A stretch of 64,000 bases of DNA from Utricularia gibba (GCA_002189035.1 NEEC01000009.1:2728001-2792000), one strand, 5' to 3'. Positions 40,582 to 54,454 are shown, counted from the stretch's first letter. A program made the numbers and translations. Notes: generated by a model not told the origin, from the letters alone.

Positions 40582-43294
40582 ATGGCTCAATTGGTGGAAA
40601 CCTACGCTTGCGCTCCTTCGACGGAGAGGGGAAGGGGCCTCTTAGTGTCCGGAGATCAGAAATCGAATTCCATTCTCTATTGCAATGGGCGTTCTGTCAT
40701 TATCCGCAATCTGGATCGTCCGATGGAGGTGCAGGTTTACGGCGACCATGCCTATCCGGTCACGGTGGCGCGTTACTCTCCAAACGGTGAGTGGATTGCG
40801 TCGGCAGATGTATCCGGTACCGTGAGGATCTGGGGCACCCATAACGAATTTGTGCTCAAGAACGAGTTCCGCGTGCTTTCCGGCAGGATCGATGACCTCC
40901 AGTGGTCGCCTGATGGGCAACGCATTGTTGCATCTGGTGATGGTAAAGGGAAATCCTTTGTCCGCGCCTTTATGTGAGCCCTGTTGTGATTTGAATTCCT
41001 GTTGTTTCTAATCCTTGTATGAGATCTTCAACATTGACAGTTGTATTGGTAGGTGGGACTCAGGAACTAACGTGGGAGAGTTTGATGGGCATTCCAAGAG
41101 GGTTTTGAGCTGCGCGTTTAAGCCTACGAGACCCTTCCGAATCGTAACTTGTGGAGAGGATTTTTTGGTGAACTTCTATGAAGGGCCTCCATTTAAATTC
41201 AAGCTGTCCCACAGGTTTCTCTTTTCTATTACTCTTGAGACAAAGATGGGTCTTTTGGGATGCATATCTTGTTAATTTGAATTTGAATTTCGATTCCATT
41301 TGTATTGATTGATTAAGTCCTTAATCGTTCATTTGTTTGATTGTGTAGTTTCCCCTGAACTTCAGCTGATTACCCTTTCGAATTTCTGATGGCATATGTC
41401 CTTTCAGGGATCATTCGAACTTTGTGAACTGCATTCGATTTTCTCCAGATGGGAACAGATTCATTAGCGTGAGTTCTGACAAAAAGGGAATATTATATGA
41501 TGCCAAAACTGGAGAGCGGGTCGGGGAATTGTCTTCTGTCAACGGCCACAAGGGTACTATCTATGCGGTTTCTTGGAGTCCTGATAGCAAACAGGTAATG
41601 TGAATCCTCATATCAACCCAAAATTTCTTCCCAAGCTGGTTTTTGTAGTCAATGCATCCTTTGTATAGGTAGTTAGGACAATAGGATTACCTTTGATGCA
41701 AAAATGCTTCATATATAAATGAATGCCAATCATTATCAACAGTTTATACATTCCTATATTTCCCCTTCTTCCTTCTCGTCATTGTTTTGTTTCATCAGGT
41801 TTGATATAGTAACGTTGTATTTTTATTTTATCAGTTGTTGACCGCATCTGCTGATAAATCGGCAAGGATTTGGGAGATAAATGAAAGTAATAATGGCGAG
41901 TTGAAGAAAACATTGGTAGCTCCGGGTTCTGGTGGTGTTGATGACATGTTAGTTGGCTGCCTATGGCAGAATGACCACATCGTTACTATTTCTCTTGGTG
42001 GTTCCATATTTCTGTATTCAGCAAGCAACCTTGACAAACCACCGACAGAGTTATCAGGGCATATAAAAAGTGTGAACTCACTAGTAGTATTGAAGAGCAA
42101 TCCTAGACTTATATTATCGGGTAGTTATGATGGCGTAGTACTGAAGTGGATTCAGGGTAACGGATATATTGGAAAACTAGAGAGGAAGGTGAATACTCAG
42201 ATAAAATGTTTTGCGGGCACCGAAGTTGGTATAATATCATCCGGATTCGACAATAAGGTTGCATATTCCTCTATCCTTCACTGCTATCAATGCATAGAAT
42301 TTCTTCAACATTCCACGGGCGGATTACCTTGCGATTGAGTTATAATATTCCTTTGAATTTCTGCACATATTGTATGCTGGTCCATTAGTAACTATTCACA
42401 TTTGCTATTTTATCCTACAGGTTTGGCGATTTTCTCTAGAATCTGGAGATGCTGAGTCCATTGATGTCGGAAAGCAGCCTACTGACATAAGTCCAGCACC
42501 TGATTTCCCAGATCTTGCATTGGTTTCAACCGATAGTAGCATAGTGCTCCTTCGAGCAATGAGGGCCACATCAAATCTTGACATTGGTTTTACCGTGACA
42601 GCATGTGCCATTGCGCCTAATGGAAATGAAGCTATTGTTGGTAGCCAAGATGGCAAATTGCATGTCTACACTATAACTGGAGAAACTTTTGAAGAGGCTG
42701 CAGTGCTTGAAAAGCATCGAGGTGCTATAACTGTGATATGCTATTCTCCTGATGGTTCCATGTTTGCCACAGCAGATGCTAACCGAGAAGCCGTTGTATG
42801 GGTTTCTTCAACTCGTGAGGTAATGAATTCAACCCTGTACTCCAACCCGTGAAAGTTCAGATAGTTAAGATGACAAAGAAGTTTTTTTCTTTGCATCTTC
42901 TTTTATTTAAAAAAAAAGGCACAGGACTAGTATGAAATAGTGGGTTCTCGGTTGCAGGTTGGGATCTATCTTATTACCTTCCCTCAGCTCCTGGTTACTA
43001 TTTGCTTTTGTTCTTATGAAAGGGTTGTACTTGCAGGTCAAGCTCAAGAACATGCTCTACCACACAGCAAGAATAAATTGTTTGGCATGGTCACCTAACA
43101 GCAGCATGGTCGCAACCGGATCACTCGATACATGCGTCATTCTCTACGATGTCGAAAAGCCGGCATCGAGTCGAGTCACCATAAAGGGTGCCCACCTCGG
43201 CGGAGTCCATAGAGTCGCTTTTTATGACGATGGGATTTTGGTTAGCTCCGGGGAGGATGCTTTCATCCGCCTCTGGAATGTAAAGCCCCAGTGA
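40582..43294 (+). CDS. AIP1: Actin-interacting protein 1 (WD40, WDR1 family), 6 exons
   Basis: [19 protein letters not shown]; [10 protein letters not shown]; many WD repeats; [17 protein letters not shown]; GAHLGGV. Confidence 0.95.
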
Positions 43295-43744
43295 ATATCC
43301 TTCTCCCCTGTAGGAAAGATTGCTCTGTAGTTCATGGACGAAGCTGGTCTCAGAGAACACAGCATTCTCCATGTCGGCTCCTTGTTTTACTGCAGTTGTT
43401 GTCCATTTTTGTAACTGTTGAAAACGAATCGATGGTCTTGTTGGAAGAGCATCACGCAGCAAGAGAATGAATAGCACAACAGCAGGGTGATCGCCATCAA
43501 AGGTTGGATTCAAGTTGCATTTATAATATTGAAAACACAAAAAATGTTTTCTGTTGGTTATATATAAAAATGTTGATATGGTTGAAAGCTGCTATATATT
43601 GTCGTTGTCGAGGACCCTTCGGTTGCTCCAATAGCCACAGAAGAGCGATCGGCTCTCCGATTCCTTGGATGGCTCCTACATTTGCAGTTTCCAACTTGCC
43701 CACAATCATCCGGTGGTTTGATTCTCTTGCTGTAGGATCCAGCG

Positions 43745-44865
43745 ATGGTGCTTCAACTGCAATCCCACTGTTATCGCATGCTCTCGCCGCCTTCGCCGCT
43801 TCATGCATCCTTTTCCCTGAGTGGGAAATGCTTGTTATTCAAACAGAGACTAGATTCTTTCTCCTGTAGCCGGAGAGTGTCGGAACTAGGAAGGAGAAGA
43901 GGAGTTCATGCGAGTGCCACTCTGTGGGAGAATTGGGTCCCTGAAAAGGGCTCCCAGGCCCCTTCTCTTAGCGATGTTTTCTGGCCTGCTGCTGGTCAGT
44001 CTCTGTTATCTATTGAACTTATTACTTGATGCAAGACATGGGACTGCTTGTTTATTGTGATTCTCATCATGTGTTGCAAATTGTCAGGAGCATTCGTCTC
44101 CATGGCAATCCTTGGAAAGATCGATCAGATCCTGGCACCCAAAGGCATATCAATAACAATCCCACCTATGGGAGCGGTCTGTGCAGTTTTGTTTGCTGCA
44201 CCATCTTCCCCTAGTGCCAGAGTATGCAGCTGCACCCTCTATCCTGTCATATATAACCATGATTGTGCTTTCCCTTGCTTCAATGAGAATACATGAAACA
44301 AATAGTCTGATCCTATGCTCCCATGGCTCAATGACTGCTCTAGTTGCATCCTCTGCTTTGAGCTCCCCATTGGTAACCAAAAGGATGCCATTGGCTCACC
44401 CCATCTTCTTCCAACTGCAGAAGTACAACATGTTTGTCTCACAAATTGGCTGCGCAGCATTTGGGGTTCTGTCATACTCCATTCTGGGATGCGGGTGGGT
44501 GGCCAAGGGCGCAGCTCTCGCCTCTTCCTTAGCGTTCATGGTGTTCATGAGAGCAGTCCATCCACCAGGTAATCACTGAAACTTTCTTGGCATGGAAATC
44601 ATCTCCATGGCTCCCTGGTGATTCCCACTCCACTTCATGAACCTCCAGCTGCAAGCCTCCCACTTCTCTTCATCGATGGAGCTAAACTTCACCATTTGAA
44701 GCTCTGGTACGCAGTGTTCCCAGGAGCTGCTGGCTGCATTATCCTAATGCTAGTGGTAACATCCTGTGTTCTCTGCTATTTTTGCCACCACTGCCATAGT
44801 CATACTGTTCTACACCTATGCAGCAACAAATTGTGTGCCACTTGAAGGAGCATGCCAAATTCTGA
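43745..44865 (+). CDS. HPP-family integral membrane protein, plastid-targeted (nitrite transporter-like), 5 exons
   Basis: Transit-like N-term; PSLSDVFWPAAG; GAVCAVLFAAPSSPSAR|KYNMF; AVHPP|AASLPLLFID; WYAVFPGAAGC; ends LKEHAKF*. Start codon could be a nearby downstream Met. Confidence 0.88.
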
Positions 44866-45435
44866 TCACAGCCTTCACATCGGGTAACACCAATCAACTC
44901 TCCATACTCAGGATGGATGGTCTGCATCACCTTAACTTAGCTTTTGTGGAAATAAACGAAAGTGTAAATTAAATAACAAAACGCTATTATTTCTATTGCT
45001 TTTAAAATGGATTGAATCGATAAAGAAGATATTATGCATAAGAATAAGAATCGTGATAGTATTATCATGTCGTTTAATAGTAGAATATTAATATATTTTT
45101 AATATATTATGATTAAATATGTGTACTCAATTGTATATCAATATTTGATATCAAAAAATAAAAATTCGTGTATGTGAATAGTATAAATAAAATTAACGTC
45201 ATTTTCATTTGTATATATAGCTTAACTTCAAGATTTCCATTTTTGCATATTACAAGGGGATACTTTCTTTTTTTCTTTTCTTTTCTTTTTTTTTTTTTTT
45301 GAGATTTGTAACAAATTTAAAACATGTGGAAATTAAAATAGATGGTGAAAATAGAAAATGTCGTTAGGGCACGGCGAATTGGGAGAGTACAACGTTTGAT
45401 TAACTGCAGGCGCAGAATCGATGAGACATGTAGAG

Positions 45436-46971
45436 TCAAAGATTCACACTTGGAAACTTGCACGCGCCGAAGCCTGGAAGTCAACAGAGAATTTTTGTTG
45501 AATAAATGCTTATTAATTAATTTAAAAAAACAAAAATAAAAAATTGATATACTTACTTGGATCCGTTGAGGTGAGACCCGCTAACCCGTTAAAAGCGCAG
45601 GTGGCGCCTGAGGCCCAAAACTGGGCCCAATACGAGCTGAAAGCGTAACTCGCACGCAGGATCAGTGAATCGGACCTAGAGCAGGGGCGACCGGGTCGGA
45701 TCTCGGCGCAGGTGGAGTTCCCCTGGCTGCAGGCGTACGACAACGCCGCCTCCAACGCGGTCGCGTTCTTCGTGCCGTTCAGGGCCACGCACCAGAGCCT
45801 CCCGTTGCTCGCCGGCTTCACCATTGGTGGGTAATCGGTTACCGGAGTCTTTCCGGATAGATCAATCGGGTAAATATTCGACCCGTTAGGGTAAAGTACC
45901 CCGAAATGGCGCTCCGTCCCCTGTCCTGGTTTCTCGTCCTCGTTGTAGAGAGCGAAAATCATCGCCGGAATGAAGACTCCCGGGCGGGAAGGGATACCGA
46001 CCGGCGGCTTTGCAGCGAATTTCTTCACCACGTTACGGTTGTAGGTAGCGGAGTTGTAGATATTGGCGCCCAGCTGATCCGGGTCGCCACCATTGGGCCA
46101 GCCGGTCTCCGCCACGAAGAGACGGAGTTTCGGGTACCCGAGCCTGGTCATGGCGAAGACGACGGCGTCGAGCATCTGATCGAGAAGATTAGTGTAAATG
46201 AGGCCGGACTTGGGGTCGGTGTAGGAGAAATTCGAGGGTTGAAGCAGCGCATAATCGAGCTTGATTTGCAGAGGCTGAGAAGCCCAGGCAAAGTAGGGGT
46301 AAACATCGACGAAGAAGAAGGATTTCGTTCTGTTCAAGAAATATAGCATCGGCCTAATCACATCGTCCGCTATGGCAGCCTTGAAAGCGCCGGCAGACGG
46401 CGGAAACGAAGCTTCTAGAACATCCAAGGCTACCGGAGTCCCAATTTTGATCTTTCTGAGCCCTAATTTTCTCACAGACATCCGAATTCGGGTCATGGCA
46501 GGGACTAACCTGTACCACGTAGAGTTGGGTTGATTGCTGAGGATTTCGTTTCCCACGAGAAGGTACCGGATCTTGGATTTCTCGTAAAAGGGTTTAACGT
46601 TTTTGAGCACCCATTCGTCGGAGAAGGACTGGTTAGCGGCGACGGCGGGGATGAGTTGATTTGGAAGCATTACAGAGATATGGAGGTTGGTTCCCTCAAC
46701 AGAACTGAGGATCTGAGGATTAGTGTCGTAGATTTTCACACGTCCGGCGTTGAGTTTCTGGATGAAGCCAACAGATTCCGGCACCGGACGGAGGTTGTTC
46801 CCGAGCTGGCCGTAGCAGATTCCGACCCTGGAGTCCAACACCGCCCCTGAAAAACAGACAGAACATCAGCAGAGAAAAAAGCAAGAAGAGATGTGTCATT
46901 CGGCGGCGTCTCCCGTAACTGGAGAGAGAAGGAAGCAGAAACAGGAAGAGAATGGCGAAGCAGGCCGCCAT
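45436..46971 (-). CDS. Glucan endo-1,3-beta-glucosidase GH17 plus X8/CBM43 (A6-like), 3 exons
   Basis: Signal peptide; VGICYGQLGNNL; catalytic motifs VGNE and AETGWP; FALYNED; ERHFG; X8 domain WCVA..ALSYACSQG; final exon SFGACKFPSVNL* (45436). Confidence 0.93.
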
Positions 46972-48905
46972 TGTCGCAGTGCTGCAGCTCCTCCCCTAGG
47001 GGTTTACTTGTCGCCGTGAAGAGCGAGCTTAGAGCTCTGCCTGCGCCAACGGCATACGATTTTATATATATAAAGAAAACCCCTAGTGAAATTAAATCCA
47101 ATTCTAGTCAACAAGTAGCTCTCTGTTTGTTTAACAACTAATGGGAAAAAGAATGTCCCTAATTAATTATAATCCAAAATCAATTAATAGTCTATTTGAA
47201 ATAGCTTCTTCTTCCTAAAAAAAATGTTATAGAAAGTTTTATTATAAAAATGAAAGATTTCTATACTAAAAAAATAGAAATTTGAAAATATTATTTATTT
47301 TAAAAAGTCACAAAAATTCAGTTTTGATATATTATAATCATTTTTCTAAAATTATTCTTAAAAAAACATAATCAAACACAATCTGAGCACGACTTCCAAA
47401 CTAAATTATTTTAATAACCCTTTTTCACGCTATAATTAAAGCTTTTGGACTTGGGGATACGTAATTAAACAAAGACTAAAACTTTAACGTTGTTTTGACT
47501 CCAATGCACATCTCCGAGTCTTTGTTCCTCCATTGGGTTTCAAGAGAAGATGAGTAGCGGCCATGTCATTGCAATGTTATACGTTTTTCTTATACAATAT
47601 TATAAGTACATTCAATTATTATGATTTTATGTTTTATCATTCGAAAAAAAAAATTGGTATAGATTACATAATTATCTCTATTAAAACACGTTAATTTATT
47701 TTATCCGTAATTAATATGGGATAACATCATGTGATCCCTAACCTTACATTGAAAATGATTTCCTATGAAATAAGCAACAAAACTAGGAAAGGCAAGCGCA
47801 CACTAGCCCTTTACGTGAAAGGGCACGAGCAGGGCATCACATTTTACTTTTACCCTTTTAGCCTCAACCTCTATCTTTATGAATGAACTATGAGAAAGCT
47901 CAATTTTCCCTTCCTTTTTTTTTTCAAAAAGTCTTTTTTTAAATGAATATAGTGAATTAAGTAAATTTTTTATTCTAAAATTTAAAAAGAATATGATTTT
48001 CTGGTTTTTTTTTAACAAAAAGCATGGTGCAAGTCTTGCAAAAGGCGTCGTACTGTCCTACAGGCTCCGGCCTTTATTCGTTTCGAAAGCCCTTTTTCAT
48101 TTCAGCCCCTACAACTTTTTGTTTTATTTTTTGCACTCCTCCCTTTCCCAACCCTTTTTTCTATGTAAATAAAGGGGCATGAAAATTCGAATAATTACTA
48201 TAAATTGTTTGAAAATAAGAAAACACGTTTTAAAACCCGATTTCAACACCGAATCCGGGATGTAGATTCGGTCATGAACTCGGTTTAAATCGGTCAAATT
48301 CAAGTCAAATGCTGAATCAAGGAGTAGTGGTACGGTGTGGAATGTGATTTGAAATGGTCAAATCTAACTTTGACCGCTCAATTCTATTTATTTATTTTTA
48401 ATTTTGTTGTCATATCTACGTAAAAATTTTATGGTATAATAAAAAAATACCCAATCGTCTCTGGATAATCAGAAATTTGTTCCAACTTTCAAATCCTGAT
48501 TACTTGATTTGAAAACTAATTTCTAAAAATCTATATTTTTATATCAATTTTCCAAAATGGTTTTATTATCAAATATACTGATTTATTAAAATATATTATT
48601 AAAAAATATTTTGACAAATACAAATATTTTCATGTAGGAAATAACTGAAAATGGATTAAGGGTTTTTTGTTTAGTACCTTTTAATAGAATGTTATTTTGA
48701 TCATTTTGAAAAAAAAAAAACCTAGAAAATGAATTGATAATTCAGAATTCATCTCTTCAGACTGCATCAACAGCCAACTAATTTCCACCATTCATGGCTC
48801 AGTTCACGTTCATCTCATGAGCACCCACCTAATTACCCTTTAATTTTTACTCTTTCTGAGTTGTGGTTTTGTTTGCGTGCATTTGAAATCGTCTTCGAGA
48901 TCTTC

Positions 48906-50092
48906 ATGGGTTCGTTAACAGACCCTGCAAATGCGGCGTCGCAATTTCAGGATTTGGAGCAGCAAACTTCAGCGCCAGCTGAAGATGGCTCCTCATCGAA
49001 AGGGAAGAGCAAACTTCTTGTAGCCATAAACTATGGGTTTTTAATCGTGGGTTCTGTTTCTGCAACGCTTATTTTCAAGTTCTACTTCATTCATGGCGGT
49101 TCGAGCCGATGGGTTTCGACGATGGTTCAATCCGGTGGCTTTCCGTTGCTGCTGCTGCTCCTTGTTTTTCTGCGCTTCGAATCCTCGAAGAGAATGATGC
49201 CCTTTTCCACGTTCACTCCCAAAACATGGGTTCTTTCGATTGTGGTTGGAGTGTTCTTGGGCATCAACAATCTTTTGTTCTCATGGGGAACTTCTTTTCT
49301 CCCCGTTTCGACTGCGTCGCTGCTTCTTTCATCACAACTGGCTTTTAATCTTCTTCTTTCTGTTGTGATCGTTAAGCAAAAGATCACATTCAGCAATCTC
49401 AACTGCGTGATTCTTATGACTGTGAGTTCGGTGATTTTGGCACTCCAATCGAATCATGATAAACCAGCAAATGTTACCAGAGACAAGTACTTGATTGGAT
49501 TCTTCTCAACTTTGGGTAGATTGCATTCACCATTCATCAAATAGTTCAGCTTTGATCGGAGATGCGCAACAAATATTATGCTTGCCTTCTCAGGTGCGGG
49601 GCTTCTATTCGCGTTGTATCTTCCGATCATGGAGACGATCTACCGAGGAGTTGGGAGCTATTCCACGATGGTGGAAATGCAGCTCGTCATGGAGGCATCC
49701 GCTACCGCGTTCGCCGTGGTCGGCATGGCGGTGGGGGGAGGGTTTTCGGAGATGAAGAAGGAGGCCAAAATGTTCGATAAGGGGTGCTCGCTTACTGGCT
49801 CACCATCGTAGGGAATCTTGTAATGTGGCAGTTTTGCTTTATGGGTACTGCCGGAATGGTGTTCCTAACGACGTCTTTGACCGGAGGAGTGTGCACGACG
49901 GCGTTGATGGCCGTGAATGTACTCGCCGGAGTTATCGTCTACGGTGATGCCTTCGACGGCAGCAAGGCGGTCTCAATGGCCCTTTCCTTGTGGGGTTTTT
50001 ACTCGTACCTACAAGGAATGCAAATGGAGACCAAGAGGAAGAAGCAACCCCATGACGAATCCGGAGATGATGGAAGGCTTCAGAATCCTTAA
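48906..50092 (+). CDS. PUP4: Purine permease (PUP4-like), 2 exons; apparent -1 frameshift at 49781-49784
   Basis: FIHGGSSRWVSTMVQSGGFP; LLFSWGTSFLPVSTASLLLSSQLAFN; MEMQLVME; WQFCFMGTAGMVFLTTSLTGG; multiple TM helices. Confidence 0.88.
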
Positions 50093-50667
50093 TAATTATT
50101 AGTTATCAGAGATTTTATTTAATTTTTTAAATTTTATATTGTAAAATTCAAAATTTAGATTTTATGATTAAATTTATTAAAACTATGTTTTAGTGAATAA
50201 TTTGAAAATTATAATATTTAATTTTTAGTAATAATATATTCTTTAAATCGAATATTAATTAGATGGAGCATAAAACAAAAAATCGCCCGCCCTTTTTACT
50301 AGTAATATATAAGCATTTCTTTTCTTTGGTAATAATACAACTATTGGTTGCCCCACGCTGCCCTCGCGCCTTTCGAGATTCTTCGCTTCAAACTCCGCAC
50401 CGTCTCCGTTGCCGGAGCTCCGGAGGATCTTCCAGAACTAATTACTGACTTCGTAAGCTATTCGAAGCTGTCGTACTCTGTTTTCCTTATCAGGTTTTCA
50501 CCAGATCTAAATACTTGTCTGCTTGAAAGGTTTGTGTATATGCTGCTGTGTGCGGAAATTGGAGGATTCATTTTGTTATTGGAAGATCTGGCTGTGACAG
50601 TGTGATATTTTTTTTGATATTCTGATATGTCGTGGTTTAGGTGTGTTGGAAGAGTTTATCGACGGTG

Positions 50668-53081
50668 ATGTCGGCGGCGGTCGCAACACCTGTGACGGCG
50701 CAAATTGTGCGTGTTTTTTTTTCTAGTTTTCTTTTAAGAATATTGCAAATCTAAAGATATGTCATGTATTGCCGATGAACAGGTTGCTAATGCATTTGTG
50801 CACCAATACTACCACATTCTCCATCATTCTCCAGGACTTGTTCATCGATTTTATCAAGAAACAAGTAAACTTGGTCGCCCTGAGGAAGATGGTTCAATGA
50901 GCATTACAACTACGTTGGAAGTAAAAAGTGTTTCCTTTGTTTCTTGATTTTCGAGATTTTAGCTCCCGCGTACCCTCGTCATTTAATCGTGATTCACTTA
51001 CCATTTTCATCTGTCTGATCACCTTGCCTTGTAATTCAAATAAAGATGCTTCTAATGTGCAAACTTTAACGGTGAAATTCTAAAATTTGGTTGTTTGTGT
51101 GAAGGCTATAAATGTGAAGATCATGTCACTTAACTCTGGAGATAGCCGAGCTGAAATTAAGTCAGTGGATGCACAGGACTCACATAATGGGGGAGTCCAT
51201 GTTCTTGTAACTGGATTTTTGACTGGGAAGTTGAACATGCTTCGCAAGTTTGCTCAAACATTCTTCCTTGCCCCTCAGGACAAAGGATATTTTGTTTTGA
51301 ACGACATGTTTCGCTTTCTGGATGATGGCAGTTCTATTGCAGTTCCAGACATGGTTACTGATGTCACTGTTCCTGCTTCCGAGAATTCTGGTAAAATTTA
51401 TGTTCATGTTATTGACATTGGATCATTTTGATTATAGCTGCTGTCGTTTCAGTCTGGGAGGAGCCAGTGGCGGAAGTTCATGATCCACCTGAAAATGGGG
51501 TGGATACCATTGAAGAAGAAGAAATTCCTGTAGCTGAGGTTGCTGATGAAGTTCAAGATGATCCCCAGAGAGTTGTTGAATCCATCACTAAGACAGAGGA
51601 AGCTCCTAAGAAGTCTTATGCTTCTATTGTAAGTGTTTATAAGAAATTTATTCAGGGCCTGTGCGCGGTTGTTTCTCATCTACTGTCTTATAGTGTATTA
51701 TGTGTTCCTAATGTAAACTTGTGAAGGTGATGCATCTCAAAGAAAATTCTGCAACTTTCTCGCCACCACCGAGTAATCGCAAGTCTTTTCAAAAGACATC
51801 GGAACCAGTAAATCCGGCTGTTGCTCCTTCAACAGAGGAGCCTATCAGAACTCAGGAGTCTGTTGAGAATGAAAATAACCAAGTGGGCGAAGGCATGGAA
51901 TTATGGGTGTTCATACTTTTTTATGTCTTCTTTTTTCCTTATATGATTAAAAATTAAAATAAACCACCGTGTTCTTTGTTTTTGTAGCAGATGGATACTC
52001 AATCTATATAAAGGGACTTCCAATGACTGCTACTGAGGCTTTACTCGAAGAAGTGTTCAGAAAATTTGGGACCATAAAGAGTGATGGAATACAAGTCCGG
52101 AGCAACCGGGTATGTCTTGCCTATTGTTTCTTCTCCATGGCGTTTTCCAATTTTTCAACCCCCCGACGGAGTTCCAAGCATTATTCTCATTCATACTGTT
52201 TTTTTTTTCTATAGCAACAGGGCTTTTGCTTTGGTTTTGTGGAATTCGAGGAAGCCAGCTCTGTACAAAAAGCTCTTGAGGTATGTGATCATTTTTGCCT
52301 CATCATTTGATAATTTTGTTTTCCACTGCATTATGCGTCTCTTTTACTAGATTAAATCAATGAAGCAGTATGGATGCTTCATACCTCATTTCTAGTAAAA
52401 GAGGTATAACTTAGGGGCAAACACAGTTGCGTTATGTGGGTAATTTCGTCCCAATCTCTTCACGCTCATTTTGTGTTCATTCTTAATTTCCTGCGTTGCA
52501 TTACACATGAATTCCTCCACATTCACATATTTGTGAACGTGATTTACCATTAATAGCTTCTTTCATTAAATTAATATAACGTTCCAGGCCTCCCCTGTGC
52601 CCGTTGGCGGACGCCAAGCAGTTGTTGAGGAAAAGAGGTCTACAAGTTACCGAGGTACACAGTTGTTTTGGAACATAGTTCTTCTTTCATACCCATTCAG
52701 ATGCTTTATAGAACAAAAGAAAAACCTTTTATTTATTTTTTTCCTGAAAACAGGGAGACAATGTTCTTAATTTTTCCTTCTGCTGTTTTCCATTGCATTC
52801 ACCGGTCTGTATTTCCACTAGGAGGCAACAAGGGACGATTCCTGCCAGGAAGAGGCTTCGGGTTCAGAAACGATGGCACGAGGGGGCGTGGGAATAATTA
52901 TGGAGGAAGGGGCTACAACAACAACAATAACAACAACAACAACAGGGCTGATTTCAGTGGAAGGAACGAACTTGTCAACCGAGGTTACCACGGCACATCC
53001 TCAAGCCGAGACGGCTATCAAAGGTCCGATAACAACCGTAACACAAGGAGCACAACACCCCACGTTTCAGCCACTGCCTGA
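50668..53081 (+). CDS. G3BP: G3BP-like protein (NTF2 + RRM + RGG), 9 exons
   Basis: VANAFVHQYYHILHHSPGLVHRFYQ; FAQTFFLAPQDKGYFVLNDMFRF; KKSYASI; RRM SIYIKGLP..GFCFGFVEFE; RG/RGG tail. Confidence 0.93.
52917..52943 (+). repeat. (AAC)n trinucleotide microsatellite encoding 9 Asn in the G3BP RGG tail
   Basis: AACAACAACAATAACAACAACAACAAC read directly. Confidence 0.9.
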
Positions 53082-54164
53082 ATCAGGTGCGTGAGCGACT
53101 TCCTTTTTGCTAGACATTGTCCGTAATCTGGTGGGCTTGGGGGGTCTGGTATGATGCATGCATGCTTATTTACAAGAAACTAAACAGTAGCAGTAGGAGG
53201 TTTGGTCAGTTGTGGGTGTTAGATAGCGCAGCCTATTAAATTGTACCGACAGCAGTGGAATTCAGTTAATGTGTCGCGAATGAATGCGTCCATCAATCAC
53301 CTAACCATTCCCCGTAGGTGTCTTCCCACTCAGTCAGTCCCACGTTGCTTCATTCCCGCGGGAGGGCCCCTTCCGCAGCTACTGGTTGGTTTTTGCCAGA
53401 GATGCCCACAGGTTCCTTTCTGCACTCTTCATATGTTCACTTTCTAGGTTGAGCAGATTGCCAGCGTTCCTTTTGAAAAATAACTATCCATGATTCTCTC
53501 TCTCACACCATATCGGTAAAATAGGATTCTTGAGCATGGTAATTTTTATGTGCATAAAATTGGGTGCATCATCATTTAAGTTATATTTAGAACTGTTTCT
53601 CCATTTGGATAATTGTTTCAAAAATAGTTTTGTTAAAAATTTAAGAAGTGTTTTTTCAAACAAAAATAGTTTTGTTACGAAACATGAATGAATGATCATC
53701 CAATGTTGCTCTAGTCACATGGAAGGTGTTTCTATTTGCAATTTCAAGAATCTTAGTTGTCAACAACCCATGTTTTTAAAGGAATCATTGTAGAATTAGC
53801 TTTTGTTATATTTAAAAAATAGCATGCTTCTATCTTTGTGTTTTGGATTCAGTGAAATCAAACTCTTAAGAATCTATTGGTCAGCATCACCGATTATTAA
53901 TTAAAAGCAAATAATTAAATCTGGTCATAAAAAAATATATATAGTGGAATTGGGGTGGATCACTAAATTTGGACCAGCCATGTGCGAATTTAAGGTTGCC
54001 TAACAAGAGCAGTAGCGGCAAAGATACCGCAAGTGCAAATGGGGGTAAAAATTAGGAAAAAAAAAGGATTGATTGTAAATGGTGAATAGGACATCACACC
54101 ACCAACGCATTTAACTCGCAACACCAGACAAAAGAGGTGTCAAAGAGACTTGTAACAATTATCT

Positions 54165-54195
54165 CCCCTCCCCCCTCCCCCCCCCCCCCCCCCCC
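54165..54195. repeat. Poly-C tract (C4-T-C6-T-C19)
   Basis: Read directly; intergenic. Confidence 0.9.
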
Positions 54196-54454
54196 TCAAT
54201 AGACATTGTCGTCAAAATGTGTGATTTCTTGGTCGCGGGATTTCACTTGCAAGGTTTCAACTTGGGAACATGATCGAAAATGTCTTTTTAATTCTCTGGA
54301 ATTTAAAACGATTAATTCCAACGCGATGAATGACTCTTATTTCGTGGAAATGATATGGGGGAGAAAATATGTACGGTAATGAGTGGTAAAAAAAAAAAAA
54401 AAATGAAGGAAAATTTCTCGACAAGCAGATGCAGATCCAAAGGCCCTATGTTCA

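Noticed and set aside
43295-43304. U12-type donor-like ATATCCTT right after the AIP1 stop
   Set aside because: Imperfect match, and no U12 branch site or AC acceptor identified.
43121-43808. Minus-strand ORFs of 139 and 95 aa
   Set aside because: Overlap the AIP1 last exon and HPP first exon in antisense; no motifs.
45906-46850. Plus-strand ORFs of 146 and 106 aa
   Set aside because: Antisense shadows of the GC-rich GH17 exon.
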